From NCBI RefSeq assembly GCF_006345805.1, contig NC_043015.1, positions 19,468,001 through 19,532,000 on the forward strand: DNA of 64,000 nucleotides. Direction: 5' to 3'. Of the stretch, positions 23,330 to 36,400 are shown piece after piece (the stretch's first letter is position 1; the number at the start of each line of letters is the position of its first letter). The notes beneath the pieces were generated by a model that worked only from the letters and a program-made list of their open reading frames with translations, was not told the origin of the DNA and did no database searches. The translations under genes and the position numbers were made by a program. Origin of the DNA: Octopus sinensis. Lineage: Eukaryota.

Positions 23330-24915
23330 ATGATTCGGCAAAGAAAGAGGCTTGGAAATGTCATTTTGCAAGACTGATGAATGTGAAGAATCAATGGCAG
23401 GAAGAGAGTCTGCCAAATGTTGACCCAACTGAGGGGCCAGTTATCCAAATCAACAGCACCTTGGAAACTAGGGATAGACGAGTAGTTGGTGAGAGCTGTA
23501 GAAGCCATGTACAGAGTTACTACCATTAAGGTGAGGGTTGGCAATGAGTACAGCAAAGAATTCAGGGTACAAGTAGGGTTTCACCAAGGATCGGTCCTCA
23601 GCCCTTTCTTGTTCATCATAGTCCTCCAGGAAACAACAGAGAAATTCAAGACAGACTGCCCCTGGGAACTCCTCTATGCTGATGACCTTGTTCTTATAGC
23701 TTGAATCACTACCAGAACTAAAGAAGTTTCAGGTATGGAAGCAAGGTCTAGAATAGAAGGGCCTTAAAGTTAAGCTAGCAAAAACCAAAGTCATAGTAAG
23801 TAGGAAGGCAGACAAATCACAAATCCCTTCAGGTAGATGACCCTGCATGTAGGTAGAAAGTTCATAAAATGTACCTGGTGTAAGCTATGGACATACAAGA
23901 GGTGCAGCAATATCAGAAGAAGGTTAACAGGAAAAATAGCTTTTGTGTGTGGAAGATGCACAGGTGCAATAAACACCGAAAATGTACTGAAAATAGACTC
24001 CATCAACTGCCAGGTGGGATAAGCTAGAAGTAGTAGATAGCTTCTGTTATTCAGGTGACCAAGTTAGTAGCAGAGGTGAATACTCCGAGAGTGTAGTTGT
24101 GAGAATAAGAATAGATTGGGTAAAGTTCAGAGAGCTCCCACCTCTGCTGGCAACAAAGAGGCTCTCCCTCAGAGTGAAAGACAGATTGTATAATGCCTGT
24201 GTGTGAACAGCTATGCTAGCTGAGGACATGCATAGGCTTGAAAGAAATGAAGCCAGTATGCTTTGCAGGATGTGCAATGTCACTGTGCATGTACAAAAGA
24301 GTGTAAACATCTTAACAGAGAAGTTGGGCATAAGAGGCATCAGATGTGGTGTGCAAGAGAAGCAACTGTACTGGTATGGTCATGCGATGCATATGGACAA
24401 GGACAGCTGTGTAAAGAAGTGCCAATCACTAACTGTGGAGGGAACCTGTGTTAGAGGTAGACCCAGGAAGACATAAGACAAGGTGATGAATCATGATCTT
24501 CAAATTTTGGGCCTCATGGAGGCAATGACAAATGACAAAGACCTTTGGCAATAAGCAGTGTCTGAGAAGACCCATAAAGCCAAGTGAATTCGTAGTCATG
24601 GCAGGTCCTGGTGTCATTTAACTGGCACGTAAAAAGCACCTTTCAAGCATTGGGCCCCATAGAGGTAAAGTAGCCAATGCCAGTGACACGTGAAAAACAC
24701 CTTTCAAGTATTGGGCCTCATGGAGGCAATCACGAATGACCGACATCTTTGGCATTATGCCATGCTTGAGAAGAAGACCCATCAATCCAAGTAAAATCAC
24801 AGTTGTGGCAAATCCTGGTGTCAGGCAAATGTCACCCATGCCATTACACTCTCAGAGCAGTTGGTATTAGGAAGGGCATCCAGCCACAGAAACCATGCTA
24901 AATCAGACTGGAGTC
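23330..24915 (+). mobile_element. Decayed PHD-RTE LINE, 5'-truncated and internally deleted
   Basis: GFHQGSVLSPFLF, WELLYADDLVL, PHD remnant CTWCKLWTYKRC..FVCGRC, WYGHAMHM and RGRPRKT, plus a 3' UTR with two repeated ggcacgt(a/g)aaaa units. Confidence 0.9.
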
Positions 24916-24989
24916 AATTTTATTTATAATACATAATATAGATTAGTTTATAGAATGACTCAGTTTTTTAACTGGACTATAAGGAAATT

Positions 24990-25132
24990 AAGAGATTAGA
25001 GTGGCCATTGGGTAGTTTTAGGCATGCCACTGTATGGCACCTTGGACAAGTGCCTTCAACTTTAACTTCAGGCCCCAACCAAAGCCTTGTGAGCGGATTT
25101 GGAAGACAGAGATTGAAAAGAAGCCTGTCGTG

Positions 25133-25145
<13 letters not shown>
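24990..25145 (+). mobile_element. SINE family A, 5' part
   Basis: ggcaccttggacaagtg...aaagccttgtgagcggatttgg followed by (TA)n(CA)n. Confidence 0.7.
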
Positions 25146-25214
<69 letters not shown>

Positions 25215-25599
25215 GCGATGGGTAAATTGTAGTCATTTTATATTTTTAATTTAGCACATGCACATTGTTTTTGATTCTGTTGACTACACAGTTATAGTAG
25301 AGCCAGTTGAAAGATCCAATATAAACATTTCAGAGTGTTTGAGTGTCAATCTGAGGGCAGATTGTGCCTAAAACATGTACCAAAAGTGATAAAAATCAAA
25401 CATCCAGTGAACATTATGGTGTTTGGGGTGATCACTAGTGATGGGGACATTATGCCTCCTTCATCTTCCCACATGGCCTCAGTGTTATTTTCAATTTTGT
25501 GTAATTTAGACAGTTTATTCACTGCACCCTCTGTATGTATGTGTGTGTGCTTGTGAATATATATGTGTGTATGTACATATTTGTGTGTGTATCTGTGTT

Positions 25600-25790
25600 T
25601 ACCCTGCCTCTTGCCATTGCTTGGCAACTGATGTTGGTATGTTTATGTCCCCATAACTTAGATGTTCAGCAAAAGAGACCAATAGAAAAGTACTAGAAAT
25701 GCAAAAACTAAGTCCTGGGATCAATTTTGCAATTAAAACCCTTTAAGGTGGTGCCCCAGTATAGCCACAGTCAAATGTCTAAATCATGTA
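25600..25790 (+). mobile_element. SINE family A, 3' part, CpG-decayed
   Basis: Matches the 3' half of the 14735 and 57226 copies, with CpG positions converted to TpG/CpA. Confidence 0.75.
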
Positions 25791-26289
25791 AAAGAAAGAA
25801 TAAAACAAAGGATAAAGTAAGGTAGTGCAAGATCAGGTTAAATATAGCCATGTCGATAGCTCTCAAACCTAGGGCTTCTGTGTAGTGGGGGAGGGGTGAA
25901 TGAAACTGACATTTGTATTTTATTATTGTTATCATAGTCATATTTTCTTGCAACTATTCTGTATAATTTAGTGTGCTAGATATTCAAATACTAAATTTAC
26001 CATGCATCATGTCAACATGAATTCCATTATGGGCTATGCAAAAGAAGCATAAAATATCAAAATGATATAACATTGTTATACAATCATCATAACTCAAACT
26101 GAGGCTGTGAGCATTATCTTGTATTTTTTCCCCTCAGTAAGATAGTGATACACTGAACCATGCTTCTCTTCTTATACTGAAGTAATATTCTATTGTATGA
26201 CAGTTTTGTCATTGAATAATTTGTCATGCTTATTTTTACCAGAAACACAATTTTATACGATAAATTTAAAGGAGTTAAACTACAGATTG

Positions 26290-26820
26290 CAATGCCTACA
26301 CTGTAGAAAGTAGAGAAATGTAATTACATCATGTTGTTCACTTTGTACACACAAAAATAAGGAGACAGCCCTGACATTGTTCATGAAAGATATGCCATAA
26401 TATACATCTGGAAGATCCTGGAGGGACTTGTCCCAAACTTTGGCATCGAGAGTTACACAAATGCAGAACTGGGCGCCACTGCGTGGTGCCAAGGACTCCA
26501 AATTTGCCATCAAGATGTAGAACAAGATACTGTGATAGCCTGGGCTTCCGAGGCCCACAGCTCTTCAATATCCTCCCGAAGAACCTAAGAGACCTGCATG
26601 GGGTGGATGCAGATGTCTTTAAAATGAAACTGGATCTCTTCTTGTCAGGTATCCCAGATGAACCAACTTCACGGCAGGAGGTGCAGATAAGGCAGCTGCA
26701 TCGAACTCTCTCATGCACCAAATGGCAGTTGCTAAAAAGCATTCGTGAAGCAAAACCATGTAGAAACACTAAATGGCGGAGCCCCAGCATGGCCACAGCT
26801 CGTGAGCTGAAACTAGAATC
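26290..26820 (+). mobile_element. CR1/L2-group LINE 3' fragment
   Basis: RYAIIYIWKILEGLVPNFGI and GPQLFNILPKNLR..DVFKMKLDLFLSGIPDEP are typical post-RT C-terminal motifs of CR1/L2-like elements. Confidence 0.75.
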
Positions 26821-26832
26821 AATCAATACATA

Positions 26833-27216
26833 TCTCTCTCTATATAAACGGCAGTTTGTCTGTGTGTGTTTCTGTGTGTCTGTTTGGTTGTACCCTCACT
26901 CTGACCATGGCTTTCAACCGATTCTGATGAAACTTGACACACACATAGCCCAATGTCATAATTCAAAACAAACGCAGCGAAAATTTTGAAATGTTCCCCC
27001 AGTTTTGAAAAAGATCGATAAATTCGACATGGGGTCGACAATCAGAAACACAAACCACAGATGGTCTAGGGGACGCAACTCGACCTTTTTAACTATCAAA
27101 AAAATTTACCATAATTTTTTTTCCCATTTTGTTGCTATTTTTTGGCTATAACTCTCTAAAAATGCTTTATAGTTATTTCCCTTACAAACCCGAGAAACGC
27201 CGGGCGATACTGCTAG
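26833..27216 (+). mobile_element. Non-autonomous Helitron-like element
   Basis: A|TC start, internal (gtct/gtgt)n, subterminal hairpin cccgagaaacgccggg, CTAG|T end. Confidence 0.75.
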
Positions 27217-27537
27217 TATATATATATATATACCCTATATATTATACATATATATATACATATATCTACATATATATATATATACATTATATATATATAT
27301 ACATATACATATAAATATAATATAAATATATATATATATATAACATATATATATATATATATACATATAAATATATATACATATACATATAAATATATAT
27401 ACATATACATATAAATATATATATACATATAAATATATATATATACATATACATATAAATATATATATATACATATACATATAAATATATATATATACAT
27501 ATACATATAAATATATATATATACATATACATATAAA

Positions 27538-30500
27538 TCATCATCATCATCATCATTATTTAACGTCCGCTTTCCATGCTAGCATGGGTTGGACGGTTTT
27601 CTTCAACTGGGGTCTGGGGAGCCCGAAAGCTGCACCAGTCCAGTCAGATCTCGGTCAGTGTTTCTACAGCTGGATGCCCTTCCTAACGCAAACCACTCCG
27701 AGAGTGTAGTGGGTGATTTTATGTGCCACCGACACAGGTGCCAGACGAGGCTGACAAACGGCCACGCTCGGATGGTGTTTTTTATGTGCCACCGACACAG
27801 GTGCCAGACGAGGCTGGCAGACGGCCACGCTCGGATGGTGTTTTTATGTGCCACCGACACAGGTGCCAGACGAGGCTGGCAGACGGCCACGCTCGGATGG
27901 TGGTGTTTTTATGTGCCACCGACACAGGTGCCAGATGAGGCTGGCAAACGGCCACGATCGGATGGTGCTTGTTACGTGCCCACAGCACGGAGGCCAGTCG
28001 ATGCGGTACTGGCTACGGCCACGTTCGGATGGTTTTCTTATGTGCCACGTGCCACCGGCACTGGTACCACAAAGATACAAATTCCATTGATGTTCATCTA
28101 TTTTGATTTGTTTTTGATTGATTTGATTTACTTGCCTCAAAGGTCTTCACAAGTGTCACAAGAAGGAAGGTATGCACAGGTGGACTGACTACGTCCCAGG
28201 TAGGGGCCATGGGTTATGGCCTGACTAGTCTTGCCGGGTCTTCGGATGGTGTTTTTATGTGCCACCGACACAGGTGCTAGATGGGCTGGCGAACGGCCTC
28301 GAGGCCTCGATCGGATGGTGTTTGTCATGTGCCCACCGCACTGACTACGGCACTGATGGTTTTCTTGTGTGCCACAGGCACTGGTACCACAAGATACAAA
28401 TTCCATTGATGTTCATCTATTTTGTCTATTTTGATTTGATTTGATTTGATTTTCACTTGCCTCAACCGGTCTTCACAAGTGTCACAAGAAGGAAGGAAGG
28501 TATGCACAGGTGGACTGACTAGTCTTGCCGGGTCTTCGGAAGGTGTTTTTATGTGCCACCGACACAGGTGCCAGATGAGGCTGGCGAACGGCCATGATCG
28601 GATGGTGTTTGTTACGTGCCCACAGCACGGAGGCCGGTCGATGCGGAACTGGCTACGGCCACGTTCGGATGGTTCTCATGTGTGCCACCGGCACTGGTAC
28701 CACAAAGTGTGTGCCACCGGCACTGGTACCACAAAGATACAGATTCCATTGATGTTCATCTATTTTGATTTGATTTTCACTTGCCTCAACAGGTCTTCAC
28801 AAGTGTCACAAGAAGGAAGGTATGCACAGGTGGACTGACTACGTCCCAGGTAGGGGCCATGGGTTATGGCCTGACTAGTCTTGCCGGGTCTTCGGATGGT
28901 GTTTTTATGTGCCACCGACACAGGTGCTAGATGAGGCTGGCGAACGGCCACGATCGGATGGTGTTTGTCATGTGCCCACAGAACGGAGGCCAGTCGATGC
29001 GGTACTGGCTACGGCCACTTTCGGATGGTTTTCTCTTGTGTGCCACCGGCACTGGTACCACAAAGATACAAATTCCATTGATGTTCATCTATTTTGATTT
29101 GTTTTGATTTGATTTTGATTTTGATTTTCACTTGCCTCAACAGGCCTTTGATTTTCACTTGCCTCAACAGGCCTTCACAAGTATCACAAGGAGGAAGGTA
29201 TGCACAGGTGGACTGACTACGTCCCAGGTAGGGGCCATGGTTTATGGCCTGACTAGTCTTGCCGGGTCTTCGGAAGGTGTGTTTTTATGTGCCACCGACA
29301 CAGGTGCTAGATGAGGCTGGCGAACGGCCACGACCGGATGGTGTTGTTATGGCCCCACAGCACGATGGCCAGTGATGCGGTACTGACTACGGCCATGTTC
29401 GGATGGATTCTTGTGTGCCACCGGACACTGGTACCAAACAGCGGTGGTACTGACTACTTTTTATGTGCCACCGACACAGGTGCTAGATGAGGCTGGCGAA
29501 CGGCCACGACCGGATGGTGTTTGTTATGTGCCCACAGCACGATGGCCAGTGATGCGGTACTGACTACGGCCACGTTCGGATGGATTCTTGTGTGCCACCG
29601 GCACTGGTACCACAAGCGGTACTGACTACGGCCACGTTCGGATGGATTCTGTGTGCCACCGGCACTGGTACCACAAGCGGTACTGACTACGGCCACGTTC
29701 GGATGGATTCTTGTGTGCCACTGGCACTGGTACCACAAGGATACAAATTCCATTGATGTTCATCTATTTTGATTTGTTTTGATTTGATTTGATTTTCACT
29801 TGCCTCAGCAGGTCTTCACAAGTCGGAAGGTATGTACAGGTGGACTGACTACGTCCCAGGTAGGGCCCACGGGTTATGACCTGACTAGTCTTGCCGGGTC
29901 TTCGGATGGTGTTTTTATGTGCCACCATGTTCCCACAGCACGGAGGCCAGTCGATGCGTTACTGGGCCACGTTCGGATGGTTTCTTGTGTGCCACAGGCA
30001 CTGGTACCACAAAGATACAAATTCCATTGATGTTCATCTATTTTGATTGATTTTCACTTGCCTCAGCAGGTCTTCACAAGTGTCACAAGAAGGAGGTAGC
30101 ACAGGTGGATCGACTACGTCCCAGGTAGGGGCACGGGATATGGCCTGACTAGTCCTGCGGGTCCTCTCATGCACAGCACACTTCCATAGGACTCGGTCTT
30201 CAGTCATTTCTTTGGTGAGACCTAAAGTTCGAAGGTCGTGCTTCACCACCTCGTCCCAGGTTTTCCTGGGTCTACCTCTTCCACAGGTTCCCTCAACTGC
30301 TAGGTTGTAGCACTTTTGCACACAACTATCGTCAGCCATTCTCGTCACCATGACCATACCAGCGCAGCCGTCTCTCTTGCACACCACAAGACACTTCTTA
30401 GGTTCAACTTTTCTCTCAAAGTACTTACACTCTGACGATTATGAACACTGACATTACACATCCATCGGAGCATACTGGCTTCATTTCTTGCAAGCTTACG

Positions 30501-31290
30501 CATATCCTCAGCTGTCACGGCCCATGTTTCACTACCATGTAGCATGGCTGTACGCACACACGCATCATATAGTCTGCCTTTTACTCTTAGCGAGAGACCT
30601 TTTGTCACCAGCAGGGGTTAAGAGCTCTCTAAACTTTGCCCAGGCTATTCTTACTCTAGCAGTTACACTTTCAGCACACCCACCCCCGCTACTGACTGGT
30701 CCTAGGTAGCGGAAGCTATCAACTACTTCTAGTTTGTCTCCCTGGAACGTGGTAGAAGTTGGACTCTGCACATTTCCAGTGTTTATTTCTCCTGAGCATC
30801 TGCCACAGACAAAAACTATTTTCTTAGTTAGCCTTCTTTTGACATTGCTGCACCTCTTATGTGTCATAGCTTACACTTGGTGGCATCTTATAGAGTTTCT
30901 ACCTATACCTTTTCTACAGATCGAGCAGGGCCATCTACCTGAAGGCGTTTGTGATTTGTCTACCTTCCTACTAATTACGACTTTGGTTTTAGCTAGATTG
31001 ACTCTGAGGCCCTTCGATTCTAATCCTTGTTTCCACACCTGAAACTTCTCCTCCAGTTCTGATAGTGCATCAGCAATTAGAGCAAGGTCATCAGCATATA
31101 GGAGCTCCCAGGGGATCCTGTCTTAAATTCTTCCGTTATTGCCTGGAGGACTATGATAAATAGGAGGGGGCTGAGACTGAACCTTGGTGGACCCCAACCT
31201 CTACCCGGAATTCTTCAATGTACTCGTTGCCAACCCTCACCTTACTGGCTGCGTCTCTGTACATGGCTCGCACAGCTCTCACTAACCATT
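27538..31290 (-). mobile_element. 5'-truncated PHD-RTE LINE with a greatly expanded 3' UTR
   Basis: The RT/PHD remnant at 30150-31290 is closely similar to the copy at 176-1330. The true 3' end with a (CAT)n tail is at about 27538. Confidence 0.9.
27720..30165 (-). repeat. Higher-order tandem array made from the LINE ORF end and 3' UTR
   Basis: Four 61-65-bp monomers (27723, 27787, 27848, 27913). Then six units marked by ctagtc(t/c)tgc at 28225, 28519, 28875, 29253, 29885 and 30149. Confidence 0.9.
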
Positions 31291-31458
31291 CATCTCATCA
31301 TATACATATATACTATATATATATATACATATATACATATATATCTATATACATATAATATATATACATATATATATATACATATATATATTACATACAT
31401 ATATACTTATATATATATATATTATATATATATATCATATACGTATATACCATATATA

Positions 31459-31885
31459 TCATCATCATCATATCATCGTTTAACGTCCGCTTTCCATGCT
31501 AGCATGGGTTGGACGGTTCGACTGGGGTCTGGGAAGCCAGGAGGCTGCACCAGGCTCCAGTCTAATCTGGCAGTGTTTCTACAGCTGTTCCGTGAGTGTA
31601 TTGGGTGCTTTTTACCTCACTACCTCCTCCTCCTCGTTTAACGTCTGTTTTCCATGCTAGCATGGGTTGGACGTTTCGACCGGGGTCTGGTAAGCCATGG
31701 AGGTTGCACCAGGCTCCAGTCTGATTTGGCAGTATTTCTACAGTTGGATGCCCTTCCTAGCGCCAACAACTCCGTGAGTGTAGTGGGTGTTTTTTACGTG
31801 CCACTGGCACAGAGGCCAGAGCAGGCTGGCAAATGGCCACGATCGGTTGGTGCTTTTACATGTCACCAACACAGATGCCAGTCAC
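31459..31885 (-). mobile_element. Two tandem terminal 3' ends of the PHD-RTE family
   Basis: gtttaacgtc..tttccatgctagcatgggttggacg occurs at about 31468 and again at about 31636. Confidence 0.8.
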
Positions 31886-32126
31886 ACAAACACACACACA
31901 CACATATATATAATATATATAGAAAATAATACTAATAACTATATATATACATATATATATACATACATATATATATATATACATATATCATAAACATAGA
32001 TATATACATAATATATACATACATAATATATACAATACATATATACATATTTACATATATATACAGTATATTATATAAATATATAAACATATATATATAT
32101 ATATACATATATACATATATATATGG

Positions 32127-32571
32127 TATGCACAGGGGACTGACTACGTCCCCGGTAGGGGCCCGGGTAATGGCCTGACTAGTCTTGCCAGGGTCTTTGG
32201 ATGGTGTTTTTATGTGCCACCAACACAGGTGCAGATGAGGCTGGCGAACGGCCACGATCGGATGGGTTTGTTACGTGCCCACAGCACGGAGGCCAGTCGA
32301 TGTGGGTATTGGCTACCGCCACGTTCGGATGGTTTTCTGTGTGCCCAATAATCATAATCAAATCAAATCAAAACAAATCAAAATAGATGAAACATCAATG
32401 GAATTTGTATCTTTGTCGGTACCAATGCCGGTGGCACACAAGAAAATCATCCGAACGTGTAGTTACACATCGACTGGCCTCCGTGCTGTGGGCACGTAAC
32501 AAACACCATCCGATCGTGGCCGTTCGCCAGCCTCATCTGGCACTTGGTTTGGTGGCACATAAAACACCATC
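32127..32571. repeat. 3' UTR array unit followed by its reverse complement (fold-back) next to the gap
   Basis: 32127-32345 is in the array orientation; 32350-32571 is inverted. Confidence 0.8.
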
Positions 32572-32671
32572 NNNNNNNNNNNNNNNNNNNNNNNNNNNNN
32601 NNNNNNNNNNNNNNNNNNNNNNNNNNNNNNNNNNNNNNNNNNNNNNNNNNNNNNNNNNNNNNNNNNNNNNN
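32572..32671. other. Assembly gap (100 N)
   Basis: Run of N. Confidence 1.
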
Positions 32672-32928
32672 TGAAAAGTATAATAAAAAATAATGTATGC
32701 CTTATATGAAAATAACGTTAGTGCTGAAATAGTTAAGCAAGTGGAAACACATTTAATGCCACGATCGTCAAGTATCTAATTAGATTTTTAATGCTTACTG
32801 CATTTACTGTGTTAGGACTAACTTGACTGTTGTCTACATTGCAGAAGGCGGCCCTGAGTATTTCACATCAGTGGTTTATTGTATTTCTGTTACTGATATA
32901 TACTACATATTTATATATACACACATAT

Positions 32929-32961
<33 letters not shown>

Positions 32962-33088
32962 CATATATAACGGGAAGCTTTATGAAAATAAACAAAAGAC
33001 GAAGGCAGGTGGAAAACAAACGAACAATTATATATACATATATACATATACTTATATACATATACATGTATGTGTGTGTGTGTGTGGT

Positions 33089-33122
<34 letters not shown>

Positions 33123-33277
33123 AGTAGCATATGCATGTATGTATGTATGCATGCATGTCATTATTCAGTTTATTTCAAGGTTTCTTGCCTATAGAGAAAG
33201 AGCCGGTTTCTAACCTAGATCCAAGCTCCTTCATTGGAATTTCAGCAACATCAACAGGGTATATACATGGTATGTAC

Positions 33278-33308
<31 letters not shown>

Positions 33309-33342
33309 TGTATGTATGTATGTATGTATGTATGTATGTATG

Positions 33343-33900
33343 TTTTGTTTTATGTATGTATTCTCATGAATATAGTTGCATGTCTAGACATGCTCACGTA
33401 TACTTAAATGATAAACTTCTAGAAAATCTTACAGATTTTTACAGTTCCAGTGATGGATTGGTTTTGTAGTCTTCGAATCAGCTTTCTCCTTTTTGGTCTT
33501 GAGAAGCCTAGTTTCTCAAGATTTCTATTTAGGCAGTGTATTACATATCCCAGTGCCCCAATAATTACAGGTATAAACCTGAACTTGTAATCTAGATAGA
33601 GTAGTTGTAGATTCCTCAATAGTTCAGCGTAGGTGTTTTCTTTTTCGCAGATCTGGGTGGGCAGACGATTTCCCCAACTGTAGACAGTTTGTCTTCTTTA
33701 TCCCAGATTACTATATCAGGTCTCTTATGTTTACATTTTATGTGTTTTTGTATGTTTCGTTTTTAATTATTTGAATTCTTCCTTTGAGCAAGGAGATGGT
33801 TTGTAACAAAGATACAAAACTCCATATGTAGATAACAAAATCAATGTCACGCTTTAAACCTAAGAAAAGTCTTGCATATTTTTACTGTTCCGCTTACAGA
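33343..33900 (-). mobile_element. 3' fragments of non-LTR retrotransposons with a restriction-like endonuclease (R4/Dong-like)
   Basis: HKRPDIVIWDKEDKLSTVGEIVCP, then ENTYAELLRNLQLLY..FIPVIIGALG...TGTVKICK. The PD..E/D core and IIGALG are typical of RLE-type elements. Confidence 0.75.
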
Positions 33901-34317
33901 TTGTATTTGTAATGTGTTAATAATTCTGGTTGATTTCTTTCTCTGAAGACCCTAGCTTATCCAGGTTATCACTTAAGCATTTACTCACAAAAGCAAACGC
34001 ACCAATTATGTATGTGCATATATATTAGAAAGAAAGAATGAACAGACAAAGCGTGTGGTACCGCTTTGGAGCATGAATTTTATGATTTAAACATAATTGT
34101 AGAGTGGTTACAATGGAGTTGTTGGCGTAAAAGTTATCACATGAATAAAGAAGTAAGCGGTTGTGTATAAAGTCTCTTACAGTTGTTTCTGGAACAGCTG
34201 CACATATGATGTATATCTCAGCGAACGAAGATTTAGTGATAAGCCACCCTCAGAACTTATTGTATATATACCTATTACATTACGACATTCGGCACAATTT
34301 TATCTGTATGATATATA

Positions 34318-34480
34318 TAGCTGGCAGAAACGTTAGCACACCAGGCGAAATTCGTAGCTGTATTTCGTCTGCCGTTACGTTCTGGGTTCAAATTCCGCCG
34401 AGGTCGACTTTGCCTTTCATCCTTTCGGGGTCGATAAATTAAGTACCAGTTACGCACTGGGGTCGATGTAATCGTCTTAA
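34318..34480 (+). mobile_element. tRNA-derived SINE family B
   Basis: gctggcagaaacgttagcac...gggttcaaattccgccgaggtcgactttgcctttcatcctttcggggtcgataaattaagtaccag. The central block resembles my recollection of the MetaSINE core (unverified). Confidence 0.8.
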
Positions 34481-34548
34481 TCCGTTTGTCTGTCCTTGTT
34501 TGTCCCCTCTGTGTTTAGCCCCTTGTGTGCAGTAAAGAAATATATATG

Positions 34549-34618
<70 letters not shown>

Positions 34619-36029
34619 TGAAAAAGTTTGGAGTCAACAAGAAGGAGTACGGCTGGACATTTATCTTCAATCACTACAATTGTTTCTACGCAACGTAGTT
34701 TTCCGGGCGTGCCGGTACTTGATTATGCAACCATTTCTCTGCATTATGGGATCTAGTTGTGCTTCCTCAGTCAGTATATAAGTATTTTCTCCGTAAGTTC
34801 AAATTTTCTGTCTCAGCTTGAATTTAGTAGTTTATCAAGGTGTGTTGATGATGAAGGGTTGTTGGCAAACTGCTTTGAATGTGTTGATGTACTGGGATGG
34901 TGATTCTAGTATTGTTAAAGTGGTTGCCGTTTTAAAAGGATTGGCCTTAGGTTTCTTTATACTGTTGATTTGTTCTTCATGGTTGGTTGCATATGCAATT
35001 GTCCTAAGCTGACCATTAAGAATCGTCCTATACGTACGCATATATGATCGTTCACATATACATTCATAAGATAGTGTACTAACGCTCGCGCATACACACA
35101 CACGCACACTCACATACATACATACGTTCATACATATATACACACATACATGTATATATACACACACACACACATATATATATATACATATATATACACA
35201 CACATATCTTCGGATATGCATGCGCTCTCACATACATATATACAAATATATGTACATACATACACATGCACACATATACATGCACAGATGCATGTGTGTA
35301 TATATATATTTATAGGTATATATATACATACACACACATACATATATATATGTGGATACATACATTCATGCATACTAAGCACGTGGACAGGCACACATAC
35401 GTATATTAGAACTACAACTCGACATACGCACACATGGATAGGAGGGATGAGGAGCAAAAACATCATAGATAAAATAATGCCCGAACTCAAAATTAAGATT
35501 GGACTTTCCTTATGATCAGACACTCGGGAAGTGGGGGGGGGGGGGTAATAATGGTTTAAAGAATAGAAAAAGCAAAAAACTCCAAATTTATACAATTAGA
35601 TATAGACAACCACTACTCTACAATTAATACTATAATACTCAATAAAGCGCTCATATTTGCAAAGAAAATTCTATCCTAAGTCGGATGTCCAACCGTAATC
35701 CATCTTGCAGACTCCAACTTTTTTCCCATCATCTATTCACACACGGCAGATGCCCAAACGCAAACCTGAAAGTCAGTATAATACTGCTACTGGATAACAG
35801 AGGGTAAATCTGAGGGTGGCCGACGTTTATACTGTACTCTTCTACGTTCTTAACCGAGTATACCATAACTATGTATATGTATGCATGTATGTATATATGT
35901 ATATATGTTTGTACCTACGTATGTATATATGTTTGTATCTATGTATGTATGTACGTATGTATGTATGCATATATGTGCATGTATGTATGTATGTATGTAT
36001 GTATGTATGTATGTATGTATGTATGTATG

Positions 36030-36400
36030 TATAAGTCAGGTCACTTTCGAGTGCTACTGGTAACATGTAACCCAGTACAACTTGTTGCATGGTCGGGTTG
36101 TCGGCGACTAAGCCGGTGTTTATTGTCCACCCTGCGGGATCAAAAACAAAACCCGTCAAAGGGCGGAGGAACTCTTGAGAATCAACGGCCATCCAATAAA
36201 TGTCTTAAGGCTGTATCATTCGCGGGGACATAGAGAAATAATCGGACTGAATACCTGATCGCGCGGTTAAACCATGGGAGTGAAGGACTCCTAGCCTTGT
36301 TAGGCATCCTTCTAGGAGAAGGTAACTCAGGTAACTGGGATAACTCCGATATAAAACCTGCGGCTCAGTGGTTACCGATGATGTTGACTTGTTCTTCTTT
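36030..36400 (+). mobile_element. Probable RTE-type 5' leader fragment
   Basis: ccttctaggagaaggtaactc...actccgatataaaacct resembles RTE 5' UTRs; no ORF follows. Confidence 0.35.

Noticed and set aside
27213-27556. Many ORFs rich in YI/CV/HT/YLSI across the window (this interval is one example)
   Set aside because: They are translations of (TA)n, (GT)n, (GATA)n and related repeats.
33165-33250. Hammerhead-like ccaatga…gaaaccgg on the minus strand
   Set aside because: The core deviates at invariant positions and no convincing stem II was found.
36035-36115. Possible HDV-like ribozyme in the RTE-type leader
   Set aside because: A hairpin and a ggcga motif are present, but I could not build the P1/P2/P3 double pseudoknot by eye.
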